64,000 nt of DNA from a virus (IMGVR_UViG_3300049794_000047), one strand, 5' to 3'. Positions 53,024 through 60,990 are shown, numbered from the stretch's first letter. The notes: generated by a model from the letters alone, not told the origin. Program-made: numbers and translations.

Positions 53024-53636
53024 AACAGCCGAAAGCATGGAGGTGCCTACCCCTCTTGGCGACCTGAGTTTAGCCGCCACGTGTCAGCTCCATGGTGCTA
53101 GATCAGCGTCAGGCTGTTCGTGAACCGCGCCGCCGCGGGACCATGACCGATTCTGGAGCAACGCTCTCATCGCCCCCTGCGGGGGCTTCTTGACGGGCGG
53201 ACAGTGCGAATCGTGGTCGCGCTTGGTAGCCATTTGCTTGAAGCGGCAATGATGCCGAGACCGTGTGGCGGCTTGTCGCAGGTATCTTAAATGCGGGGGC
53301 GCCGCGGGGCGGTGTCAGAAAGAGACGACCAAGGGCGACGGACGTGGAGATCTTGAGCCACTGCGATTCGGACCAGACGTCTCTGGCGTTACTGGTCACA
53401 TGCGCTCTTGCGTGACCAGCAATGTGTTCTGTCACGAATGGTCCGATCCAGGGATACCCGTCGGTCAACCTGTAGTACCAGCCGTCCTTGAATCCCCGCG
53501 CGCCCTTGAATTCCCGTACAATTCCCGCACAGAAACTCGTGGCTCGTGGCACGGCCTCAGTTTAGCGTGAGGGTGTTTGACAGTCAAGAAAGATCCCGCA
53601 CAGCTCGACCGCGTGCCATGAGGGCGCACGTCAAAG

Positions 53637-53711
53637 TGGCATCCCACGGGGGAATCGACCCCCGCCTCTTCGGATTGAAAGCCCGATATCTTACCGCTGG
53701 ACGAGTGGGAC
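53637..53711 (-). tRNA. tRNA-Glu(TTC), CCA encoded
   Basis: TCGGG CT-TTC-AA TCCGA. Confidence 0.8.
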
Positions 53712-53718
53712 AATACGG

Positions 53719-53786
53719 TGCCTCCGGTCGGACTTGAACCGACTCACCAAGCTTCGGACACTCGGGTCACGTCCACGTGCGGAGGC
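53719..53786 (-). tRNA. tRNA-Arg(CCG) with a reduced D arm
   Basis: Loop GT-CCG-AA; paralog of 52137. Confidence 0.6.
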
Positions 53787-53808
53787 ATGTGTCAACGACG
53801 ATGCAAGG

Positions 53809-53882
53809 TGCCTTCGGAGGGACTCGAACCCACAACCTCCGAGTTAGGAACTCGGCGCCGCTTCCAATGCAGCTTCGAAGGC
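53809..53882 (-). tRNA. tRNA-Arg(CCT)
   Basis: CCGAG TT-CCT-AA CTCGG. Confidence 0.85.
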
Positions 53883-53886
53883 CTAG

Positions 53887-53960
53887 TGCTCCTGGAGGGA
53901 CTCGAACCCACAACACGCCGATTAGAAATCGGCGCCCCATTCCAGTTGGATTTCAGGAGC
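53887..53960 (-). tRNA. tRNA-Arg(TCT)
   Basis: GCCGA TT-TCT-AA TCGGC. Confidence 0.85.
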
Positions 53961-53965
53961 ATCGG

Positions 53966-54037
53966 AGCATGGGACGGGAGTCGAACCCGCATTGCCACTT
54001 TTGCAGAGCGGGCCTTGATCCACTAGGCTACGTACGG
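53966..54037 (-). tRNA. tRNA-Cys(GCA), probably pseudo (poor acceptor stem)
   Basis: CCGCT CT-GCA-AA AGTGG; three mismatches in the acceptor stem. Confidence 0.55.
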
Positions 54038-54046
54038 GATCGTCGG

Positions 54047-54115
54047 TAGCTCGCCGAGGATTCGAACCTCGCCGCATCGGCTTAGAAGGCCAAGCGCTGT
54101 TCCGACAGGCGAGCC
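54047..54115 (-). tRNA. tRNA-Arg(TCT) with a reduced D arm
   Basis: TTGGC CT-TCT-AA GCCGA; D region CTGT-CGGA-ACAG. Confidence 0.65.
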
Positions 54116-54123
54116 ATGTTACA

Positions 54124-54489
54124 GTGACAGCAGTGAGTGACGTCTTCGAGCACCTAGCAGTCTACCTTGGGGACCCCGGAACTGTTCCCGGTATCGGCCT
54201 CAAGCGCGGCAAAAAGCCAACAAGCGGTATCGCGCGCTACAAGAGCCCCCACGGCAGCGTGCGCTACGTCTGGTACGAACATGGGGCGCCCCTTGCCGCT
54301 CTCCAGGTAGTCACACGCGACGGCAAGAAGGCCACGATCGCCAACGTGTACACCGTCAGTGCTCGTAGGCGCGAGGGGCTGGCAGCAGCACTTCTTGCGC
54401 GGGCGCGCCGCGACTTCGCGACGGTCGAGCACGCAGCAGAAGCGCACCTCTCGGCCACGGGTCGCGCATGGCGGGAGAAAATTCGCTAG
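54124..54489 (+). CDS. GNAT-family acetyltransferase
   Basis: IANVYTVSARRREGLAAALL (motif A). Confidence 0.7.
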   Translation: MTAVSDVFEHLAVYLGDPGTVPGIGLKRGKKPTSGIARYKSPHGSVRYVWYEHGAPLAALQVVTRDGKKATIANVYTVSARRREGLAAALLARARRDFATVEHAAEAHLSATGRAWREKIR

Positions 54490-54497
54490 CCCCGGGG

Positions 54498-54569
54498 AGC
54501 GTGGGGCGGGAGTCGAACCCGCGTATGCCTCTTTTGCAGAGAGGTGCCAAGCCTCTTGGCGACCCACGC
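54498..54569 (-). tRNA. tRNA-Cys(GCA)
   Basis: CCTCT CT-GCA-AA AGAGG; U73. Confidence 0.85.
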
Positions 54570-54575
54570 ATTGCG

Positions 54576-54647
54576 TTCAGAGGGAAGGACTCGAACCCTC
54601 ATAGCAAGATCCAAAGTCTTGCGTCCTAACCATTAGACGACCCCTGA
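54576..54647 (-). tRNA. tRNA-Gln(TTG)
   Basis: CAAGA CT-TTG-GA TCTTG. Confidence 0.85.
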
Positions 54648-54734
54648 TCATATTCGAGCCACTACTCAGCCCATCTTAGCGACAGACATTTATTGCACAC
54701 TAATATTATCCAGCGCGCTGGTCCTGACCTCAGC

Positions 54735-55464
54735 TCAGGCTCTTACTTTCGTCGAAACAGCGCGCTTGCCTGACCAGCCCCCACGCCGCAAGCGAGCCCA
54801 CAGCGTGTGATACCGCAATCCTGCTAGTTCCGCCCATTCGGCAATCGTCTTGACCTGCCGACCAATGCGCGCACGAGCATTCATACGTTTGTTTCTTCCT
54901 TGCTCCTTGGGAAGAGCCCATTTGCAGTTGGAATGACTGTAGCCACAATTGTTCTTGATGCGCTCGATTGAGTAACTAGGTCCAGGGCGCCTTCCCATGT
55001 CAGCAAGGAAGTGCGCGTAGCCTTCAGGGCCAAGCCACCGCTCGCAGACCGTGAGGCCACGACCTCCATAGAGGCTGGAACGAAATAACCTGGTCATTTC
55101 TGGTGGATCTTCGTCGGGGAATCGTTCAAATGACCAAGTTAATAAAGTCCAGCCCCATAGTTCTTGAAGCTGGGATCCCGTTCGGAACAACAGCGCCGCC
55201 GTAAACCTCGCCAAACCCTGTATTCAGCCGGCTTCTGTGAAGCCTCGCCGTGCGTGCGTGCGTCTATTCGACGGGCGCCCCTTCTTGGCGCTCGACCGAC
55301 ACTGCGTCGAAAGCCCTTGTCGAAGGTTGTTGAGCGAAACGCGAAACGATCAGCTCGCGCCCACAGCGACAACGTGCTTTCACCAAGCGACGGCGTCCCT
55401 TTCCGCGCCCAGCTTCAGCAATAACGATCCAACTTCCATAACGCTTGCCGATTGCTTCCAGCAC
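54735..55464 (-). pseudogene. Phage HNH homing-endonuclease-like gene (YGGRGI-type) interrupted by MITE copy 6
   Basis: ...SFKNY|GGRGLTVCERW...SIERIKNNCGYSHSNCKWA is restored when the element is removed; a further frameshift lies upstream. Confidence 0.8.
55071..55156. mobile_element. MITE family 1, copy 6 (86 bp, ATA/TAT duplication)
   Basis: GAGGCTGGAA...TCCAGCCCC flanked by ATA/ATA. Confidence 0.9.
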
Positions 55465-55476
55465 CAGGCAAAACTA

Positions 55477-56010
55477 TCACGGAAGGAGCTCTTGAGTCCA
55501 GTACAGGTAGTCGCGCCACGCATCCGGCACCGACTCACGGCTCACCGTCACGATCAACACCGGCGACGCTGTCGGCTGCGCCGGCACCTTGAGCAGCTTC
55601 ATGCCTGCCTGCGAGGGCGTGCGGTTTGCCTTGTGCCGGTTGCAGTCCGAGCAGCTCGTCGCGATGTTCGTCCACGTCGTCTTACCACCCTGCGCGCGCG
55701 GCACGACGTGGTCGTACGTCAGATCCCCGATCGACTTCTTCACGCCGCAATACTGGCAGGTGTACTTGTCACGCCCGTAGATGTTGATGCGGGAGAACTT
55801 CACCGGCTTCTTGTGCCGACGAAACACGTTAAGGAGCCGCACGACCGCGGGGATCTTGATCAGGAGCGACGTCGTCTTGATGTCACGGTCGTACTGTTCG
55901 ATAACCTCGACCTTCCCAAGGAAGAGGAGCGTGATTGCGCGTTGCCAGCTCACGATCTTGATCGGTTCATAGCTCTGGGACAGAACGAGAGTTTGATGTG
56001 TCGGCTCCAT
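55477..56010 (-). CDS. HNH endonuclease (McrA-like)
   Basis: LVLSQSYEPI, FSRINIYGRDKYTCQYCG, TYDHVVPRAQGG.TTWTNI..SCSDCN.K. Confidence 0.9.
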   Translation of the reverse strand: MEPTHQTLVLSQSYEPIKIVSWQRAITLLFLGKVEVIEQYDRDIKTTSLLIKIPAVVRLLNVFRRHKKPVKFSRINIYGRDKYTCQYCGVKKSIGDLTYDHVVPRAQGGKTTWTNIATSCSDCNRHKANRTPSQAGMKLLKVPAQPTASPVLIVTVSRESVPDAWRDYLYWTQELLP

Positions 56011-56090
56011 GGTGACGATCTCCTTGTAATAGTACGCGCCTGCGCAGTGCGCGGCGGATCTGACAGTAGATCCGTCACAACATCCTTTCG

Positions 56091-56162
56091 TCAGCTCGGC
56101 CGGGATCGAACCGGCGGTCTTACGGTCCCCGACCGTACGCGATGCCACTTCGCTACGAGCTG
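56091..56162 (-). tRNA. tRNA-Pro(GGG), C33 variant
   Basis: TACGG TC-GGG-GA CCGTA. Confidence 0.75.
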
Positions 56163-56172
56163 TTTACTGTCG

Positions 56173-56246
56173 GGTGTACGACGAGGATCGAACTCGCCAA
56201 AACTGGGATCACATCCCAGCGCCGTCACCAACTGACTCCGTACACC
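56173..56246 (-). tRNA. tRNA-His(GTG)
   Basis: CTGGG AT-GTG-AT CCCAG; G-1/C73. Confidence 0.85.
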
Positions 56247-56259
56247 ATGAATCACATCG

Positions 56260-56330
56260 TAGGCCCCGAGGGATTCGCACCCTCAAATCTCGCTAATAAG
56301 GCAAGCGTTTTACTGTTGAACTAGAGGCCC
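56260..56330 (-). tRNA. tRNA-Ile(TAT)
   Basis: CTTGC CT-TAT-TA GCGAG. Confidence 0.7.
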
Positions 56331-56347
56331 ATCACGTCGCCGCATCG

Positions 56348-56419
56348 TCCGCTCGGCTGGACTCGCACCAGCAGCCTCGCGCTTATCAAGCGCGCGCTCA
56401 ACTATTGAGCCACGAGCGG
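56348..56419 (-). tRNA. tRNA-Ile(GAT)
   Basis: CGCGC TT-GAT-AA GCGCG. Confidence 0.85.
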
Positions 56420-56547
56420 AAATCGTAAAGAACCCGGGACTTGAACCCGTGCACAGTTGCCCATGCGAAAACAGTGCCACCGGTGGTCGCTTATTCCGCA
56501 CTACTGCTGTACTAACGATACGCAATAGCCCCCTTGCCGCACCTAAG

Positions 56548-56622
56548 TACCAGACCCGAGAATCGAACTCGGCCGAATAGCGGTTTGTAGGACCGCCGCA
56601 GTCACCAGCTTGCTCGTCTGGC
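56548..56622 (-). tRNA. tRNA-Val(TAC), C33 variant
   Basis: GCGGT CC-TAC-AA ACCGC. Confidence 0.7.
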
Positions 56623-56643
56623 AAATTTTGGAAGCTTGAAAAG

Positions 56644-56742
56644 TGCCGTGGCGTGGAATCTCACCACGTGGACCGTCGAATACAGAGGTGCACCTCCTGG
56701 ATTGATCCTCGAACGGACAGCCCGATCTTACGGGCACACGGC
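56644..56742 (-). ncRNA. tRNA-like RNA with a branched domain in place of the anticodon arm
   Basis: Acceptor GCCGTG/CACGGC, D-like hairpin GCCCG/CGGGC, T-like arm CGTGG-TGAGATT-CCACG. Confidence 0.5.
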
Positions 56743-56749
56743 ATAAAAG

Positions 56750-56821
56750 TCGGGGTGACAGGAATCGCACCTGCGGCTTCGTGGTCCCGAACCACGCGCT
56801 CTACTCCTGAGCTACACCCCG
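56750..56821 (-). tRNA. tRNA-Pro(CGG)
   Basis: CGTGG TT-CGG-GA CCACG. Confidence 0.85.
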
Positions 56822-56830
56822 AAATCTTCG

Positions 56831-56902
56831 TCGCAGCGGGCGGACTTGAACCGCACCCCGCATGGCTTATGAGACCATCGTCCAGATCCCCTGGTCGCTG
56901 CG
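56831..56902 (-). tRNA. tRNA-Met(CAT) or Ile2
   Basis: ATGGT CT-CAT-AA GCCAT. Confidence 0.75.
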
Positions 56903-56985
56903 AAGGCGTGGTCCCCGGGACTCGCACCCGCTGATCTTGAGCTGCCTCCCCGCGTTCGCCATCCGCGGGGTCAGGGCCACATGAG

Positions 56986-57056
56986 CGGGCCGCCAGGGAA
57001 TCGGACCCTGCCGCGAGGTTTTGGAAACCCAGCCGAGCGCCAGCTCTGCGCGACCC
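56986..57056 (-). tRNA. tRNA-Trp(CCA)
   Basis: GGT TT-CCA-AA ACC; T loop TCCGATT. Confidence 0.65.
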
Positions 57057-57073
57057 ATGTACATCTCCGACAT

Positions 57074-57150
57074 TGGCACCCCTGGAAGGAATTGCACCTC
57101 CGACACCCCGGTCCGTAGCCGGGTGCTCTGGTCTGCTGAGCTACAGGGGC
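57074..57150 (-). tRNA. tRNA-Arg(ACG), CCA encoded
   Basis: CCCGG CT-ACG-GA CCGGG. Confidence 0.9.
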
Positions 57151-57163
57151 AGAAGCGTTCAGG

Positions 57164-57236
57164 CGTCGTGTGCGGGAATCGAACCCGCGTAGCCGGCTTG
57201 AGGGGCCGGAGTCCTAGACCGCTGGACGAACACGAC
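57164..57236 (-). tRNA. tRNA-Glu(CTC), C33 variant
   Basis: CCGGC CC-CTC-AA GCCGG. Confidence 0.8.
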
Positions 57237-57242
57237 AAGCAG

Positions 57243-57314
57243 TGCACACGGCAGGGATCGAACCTGCGAGCTCCGGGTTGTCGTCCCGGCGATCTGCCGC
57301 TGATCTACGCGTGC
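57243..57314 (-). tRNA. tRNA-Val(GAC), C33 variant
   Basis: CCGGG AC-GAC-AA CCCGG. Confidence 0.8.
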
Positions 57315-57326
57315 ATTCTTCGAAAG

Positions 57327-57399
57327 AGCGGGTGATGGGAATCGAACCCACCTGGGGCAGCTTGGAAGGCTGTTGCATCACCAGAATTGCTTCGCCCGC
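57327..57399 (-). tRNA. tRNA-Gly(TCC)
   Basis: CAGC CT-TCC-AA GCTG; U73. Confidence 0.85.
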
Positions 57400-57459
57400 A
57401 TGTCATCATCAGCTCCAGTGGCAGGACTCGAACCGTTTTGCTACACTGGAATATCGTCG

Positions 57460-57532
57460 AGCCCGCAGCAGGAATCGCACCCGCGGCCCCTCGCTTACAA
57501 GGCGAGCGCTCTTCTGGCTGAGCTATGCGGGC
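57460..57532 (-). tRNA. tRNA-Thr(TGT)
   Basis: CTCGC CT-TGT-AA GCGAG. Confidence 0.85.
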
Positions 57533-57542
57533 AAGTTCGTTG

Positions 57543-57613
57543 AGCCCCCGTCGAGAATCGAACTCGAGCCTGCAGTTTACGAAACCGCTGCACGACCGTC
57601 GTGCTACGGGGGC
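57543..57613 (-). tRNA. tRNA-Thr(CGT)
   Basis: GCGGT TT-CGT-AA ACTGC. Confidence 0.85.
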
Positions 57614-57615
57614 AC

Positions 57616-57690
57616 TGGAGCAGGCGGCGGGACTCGAACCCGCGATTTCCGCATTGGCAACGCGACGCTCTACCACTGAGCCATACCTGC
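57616..57690 (-). tRNA. tRNA-Gly(GCC), CCA encoded
   Basis: CGCG TT-GCC-AA TGCG. Confidence 0.85.
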
Positions 57691-57808
57691 AAAGAGAGAG
57701 AGGTCCCGAGTCGCGTTTCAATCCGAGCTGGGGGTGCTCGGCGTCTCATCGTTTTCGCTGGTGACCGCGCGATCACCGGCAGGGCGTCTCGGGCGCCCTT
57801 GCAATTCG

Positions 57809-57880
57809 TCGGGGTGGAGAGATTCGCACTCTCGACCTCTCGCTCCCAAAGCGAGCCGTCTACTGCTGACTTACACCCCG
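57809..57880 (-). tRNA. tRNA-Pro(TGG)
   Basis: CTCGC TT-TGG-GA GCGAG. Confidence 0.85.
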
Positions 57881-58301
57881 TCTTTTCCGCGGTTGCCCAA
57901 AGGTGCGATAGCGATGGCACAGAGCACACACCACATCGCACTTGGCCAGTTCCGCCTCTATTTTAGGCATTGAGTTGATATGAAAAGCGTCTCCTAAGCC
58001 AAAGAGCTTGGTGCGCGGATCGCGGTGATCAAAATCCATCGCCCAGTACGGATGCCGCTCTCCACAATCAGCACACGGTACGTCCTTACGGCACCTCAAA
58101 AGACTACGAAGACGCAGACGCTCTTGTCGGGAGTTGACGCGGCGGCGGCGCAAGATGTTTTCTCTTATGCTTTTGGTAGTGTTCCTTAGAAAAATCACGT
58201 TGACAAGACTTGCAATATGACGTTGGGGCGCCATTTGGCCTCAAGGAGAATGCAGACAAGGCCAAAGACCGCAGGCAACGCGGGCAGGTACGCGACACCA
58301 T
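57860..58301 (-). pseudogene. HNH endonuclease, frameshifted near 58165 (paralog of 52318..52781)
   Basis: CPRC/CKSC in one frame; PCADC..MDFDHRDP..KCDVVCALCHRYRT in another. Confidence 0.7.
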
Positions 58302-58330
58302 TGGAGACTAGCCCTTCCGTCTGACAGTCG

Positions 58331-58404
58331 TGGACCGCCAGGGACTTGAACCCTGACCTCACCGGGTAAGAACCGGGTGCACTGACCAATGGTGCTCGCG
58401 ATCC
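58331..58404 (-). tRNA. tRNA-Lys(CTT)
   Basis: CCGG TT-CTT-AC CCGG. Confidence 0.8.
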
Positions 58405-58425
58405 AAGAGCAGATACAGGGAGATT

Positions 58426-58558
58426 TGGGGGCGAAGGAGGGAGTCGAACCCACTTTGCTTGTAGACACGCAACGGATGCCACGCAAGCGCAGCGAGTGCT
58501 GTTGTCGGTTGTTTGCTTGATCCAAATTCAAGTGCCCCACCGTGAGGGGTCTTCGCCC
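58426..58558 (-). ncRNA. tRNA-like RNA (anticodon TTG, CCA end) with a 58-nt insert in the variable loop
   Basis: Acceptor GGCGAAG/CTTCGCC, anticodon arm CTTGA-ATTTGGA-TCAAG, T loop TTCGACT; insert flanked by CAAGCAAA repeats. Confidence 0.7.
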
Positions 58559-58617
58559 AGAAGAATCTGAAGACAGCGCGTTAAGTAGCTGCCCGCCTGT
58601 GATATGTTGAAGCCCGC

Positions 58618-59139
58618 ATGCCGGAAGCACAGGTTGCGCAAGTCTGCCGGAAGTGCCGTGAAAATAAACGCGTTGCATCTTTTCGACGATCGTCATCGGG
58701 AAACTTACGAAAAGTCTGTCATAGCTGTATGCACTACCAACGCAGTCCAGAGGGCTTGAAAGCCAATTCGGCGCGTGTCAACCGTAAGCAACGACAAGAA
58801 CGCGTTAGCAGTCCGGCACGCTTCATCCTAAGCGACGCACGATCGAGCGATCGCAAGCGAGGGTTCGATAAAAACGACCTTGACTTGATCTTCATCAAAG
58901 AACTGATCCATGAAGGCTGCACTTATTGCGGCACGACTTCTTTACGGATTTCACTAGATCGAGTGGATAATTCGAAGCCCCACAACAGACGCAACGTTAT
59001 TGCATGCTGTTTTCGCTGTAACTACATCAAAAATTCAATGCCGCACGAAGCATGGCTGCATCTTGTTCCTGCTATCAGATCTGCGTATGAAAAAGGCCTT
59101 TTCGGCGAATGGCGCAGTAAACCCTTCAACAGAAAATAG
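58618..59139 (+). CDS. HNH-type endonuclease, paralog of 32348 and 42338
   Basis: CTYCG..SLDRVDNSKPHNRRNVIACCFRCN. Confidence 0.8.
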   Translation: MPEAQVAQVCRKCRENKRVASFRRSSSGNLRKVCHSCMHYQRSPEGLKANSARVNRKQRQERVSSPARFILSDARSSDRKRGFDKNDLDLIFIKELIHEGCTYCGTTSLRISLDRVDNSKPHNRRNVIACCFRCNYIKNSMPHEAWLHLVPAIRSAYEKGLFGEWRSKPFNRK

Positions 59140-59170
59140 TGCAGGAACATGTCGTTTCTGTTGGAAGAAG

Positions 59171-59243
59171 TGCCACCCTCTGGAATCGAACCAGAACCTC
59201 CCGGGTTTCAGCCGAGCGCGCAGACCAACTACGCAAGAGTGGC
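59171..59243 (-). tRNA. tRNA-Phe(GAA)
   Basis: CTCGG CT-GAA-AC CCGGG. Confidence 0.85.
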
Positions 59244-59394
59244 AGCTTGCAAGCGTGCTTCATGCCACGCTCGCTTTCATCGTCATCGACTATTCATTTG
59301 TCAAGTGCCCCGTCCTCGCCGTGTCGCTGAAATCCCGCTGTGAGCGCAGTTGCTCGGGGGACCGGAGATTCACGCGCGATGCAGTCAGCCGCAG

Positions 59395-59465
59395 TTCAGG
59401 GGGAAGGAATCGAACCCTCATAGCGAGATCCAGAATCTCGCGTCCTACCGTTAGACGACCCCTGA
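59395..59465 (-). tRNA. tRNA-Gln(CTG)
   Basis: CGAGA TT-CTG-GA TCTCG. Confidence 0.85.
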
Positions 59466-59478
59466 TCGTTATGTGTCT

Positions 59479-59715
59479 TCAACTTGGTCCAGCTTCAGCT
59501 CGTGCTCCTTCGAGAAATGCAAGGTGCTTCCTGATCCAACGCATGAACATCAGCGCCTTGTCCTCCGCAAGAAAGGCCGCCGCCCCTGTATCGTGGCACG
59601 CCACCGAAAACTCGAAGCCGCTCTCACAGCGATACCAGAGCTCATCACTCTGGTAGCGAACGAAGACGACCTTCTTGTCGCCGAGCACACAGTCTTTGAC
59701 GGTGGGGAGATTCAT
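59479..59715 (-). CDS. Small hypothetical phage protein
   Basis: 78-aa ORF between tRNAs; DKALMFMRWIRK. Confidence 0.55.
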   Translation of the reverse strand: MNLPTVKDCVLGDKKVVFVRYQSDELWYRCESGFEFSVACHDTGAAAFLAEDKALMFMRWIRKHLAFLEGARAEAGPS

Positions 59716-59720
59716 GTTCG

Positions 59721-59791
59721 TGAGGTCGCAGGGAATCGAACCCTGGTCACAAGGTTAAAAGCCAAGTGCTCTGCCATTGAGCTACGGCCCC
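59721..59791 (-). tRNA. tRNA-Lys(TTT)
   Basis: Loop CT-TTT-AA; canonical D and T arms, weak anticodon stem. Confidence 0.75.
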
Positions 59792-59870
59792 AGAATCGGG
59801 GACGTAGGTTCTGTTTTAGATTGGTCATCACGTGGGAGCGCTCGGAATCGAACCGAGATTGGTCCTTTCG

Positions 59871-59957
59871 TGAAAGCGGAAGGAATCGAACCTTCTGGTG
59901 TCCCCTAAGGGCATCCGGTTTACAGCCGGCCGGGCTTGCCATAGCCCCAACGCTCTC
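59871..59957 (-). tRNA. tRNA-Tyr(GTA)
   Basis: CCGG CT-GTA-AA CCGG; long variable arm. Confidence 0.85.
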
Positions 59958-60030
59958 AAAGACATGCACATCGTCGCCGTTACACCACAACCAGAAATGG
60001 GCACCGTAACCACACATTTCAGTTTCTTAT

Positions 60031-60531
60031 TCATCCTATCCGGCCTTTTATTAGTTGTACCTCCATTTCCATGGTCGTAGTGCGATGCTCCACACGATGA
60101 CATCCCGCACACACAATTTCTAAATTTCCTAGTTTGTTGTTGGTTCGATCGCGATCAATATGATGAACATCCAGCCCTATTACATCCACCTTCCATTCAC
60201 AGCGGTTACACAGATTAGGTTTGCTGTCCAAGGCAAATTTTCGATAGGAAGCTGAGCCGTCCAAATAGTTGTTGTTATTAAGATTGGCTCTCAGCTTTGC
60301 TGCACAAGCTTTACTGCAAGCTGCTCCAGTCCCAGGCTTTTTGAGATGCGCCGGCTGTCTATACACCGCAGTCTTGCAAACCTGACAGACTATGATTTTT
60401 CCCTTTTTGAGCCTGGCCCGATTAGAAGCGGCTGTTGAGCATGGTTTGGAACAGTAGTGGGCGTACCCTCGACGAACTTCTCTGATCGGAGCTTCAAATT
60501 CTCGAAGACACTCCAAACAGTTTCTCAACAT
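60031..60531 (-). CDS. HNH endonuclease with Zn-binding repeats
   Basis: CLEC..YCSKPC; CNRC..LDVHHIDRDRTNNKLGNLEIVCAGCH. Confidence 0.85.
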   Translation of the reverse strand: MLRNCLECLREFEAPIREVRRGYAHYCSKPCSTAASNRARLKKGKIIVCQVCKTAVYRQPAHLKKPGTGAACSKACAAKLRANLNNNNYLDGSASYRKFALDSKPNLCNRCEWKVDVIGLDVHHIDRDRTNNKLGNLEIVCAGCHRVEHRTTTMEMEVQLIKGRIG

Positions 60532-60990
60532 TTACCTATTGTAGTGGCACTGGAACGTTTTGTAAACAGAACCGTCCGGAGCCACGCCGGTCTGCGCTCC
60601 CGAATGCAAAGAGCCTCCCGAGGGGGTTTCCCAGGGGAGGCTCCAGAGCACTTCGGCTTTATCAGCCTGGTCTATGGAGTCTCCCCTTTGTAGGCCGTGG
60701 GCTGCGGCTCGCGCTTGGTACCCACGACAATCCACTGTCCGTCGAAGTTCGCCTGGCATTCCCAGGGGGTCCGCGCGCATACGTCACCCCTGGTGCCTTG
60801 GCACCTTGTGACTCTCATATGTGCAGCTGCGATCAACATGGGCTTGCTCTACAGGAAGAACACTAGCGCAACGACGGGCGGCTGTCAACGATCCCGATGT
60901 GGCCGCTGATTCGGAGGGCCAAAGAGGGTCCTCAATGCACGTTCTTTGACGCACCCCCCGCGGATCGCTACGAAGGATGAGGAGGATCTG

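Noticed and set aside
2237-58301. Programmed frameshifting in the HAD and HNH genes
   Set aside because: The breaks mostly fall at short homopolymers, with no shared slippery motif. Sequencing error or decay is simpler; read mapping is needed.
52157-60112. Many short ORFs overlapping the tRNA genes, and GC-rich antisense ORFs elsewhere
   Set aside because: They are shadow frames over tRNAs or over better-supported genes, with no motifs.
60570-60810. RNase P RNA or tmRNA
   Set aside because: I could not find the GAGGAAAGTCC / CGGCTTA P4 signatures or tRNA-Ala-like ends.
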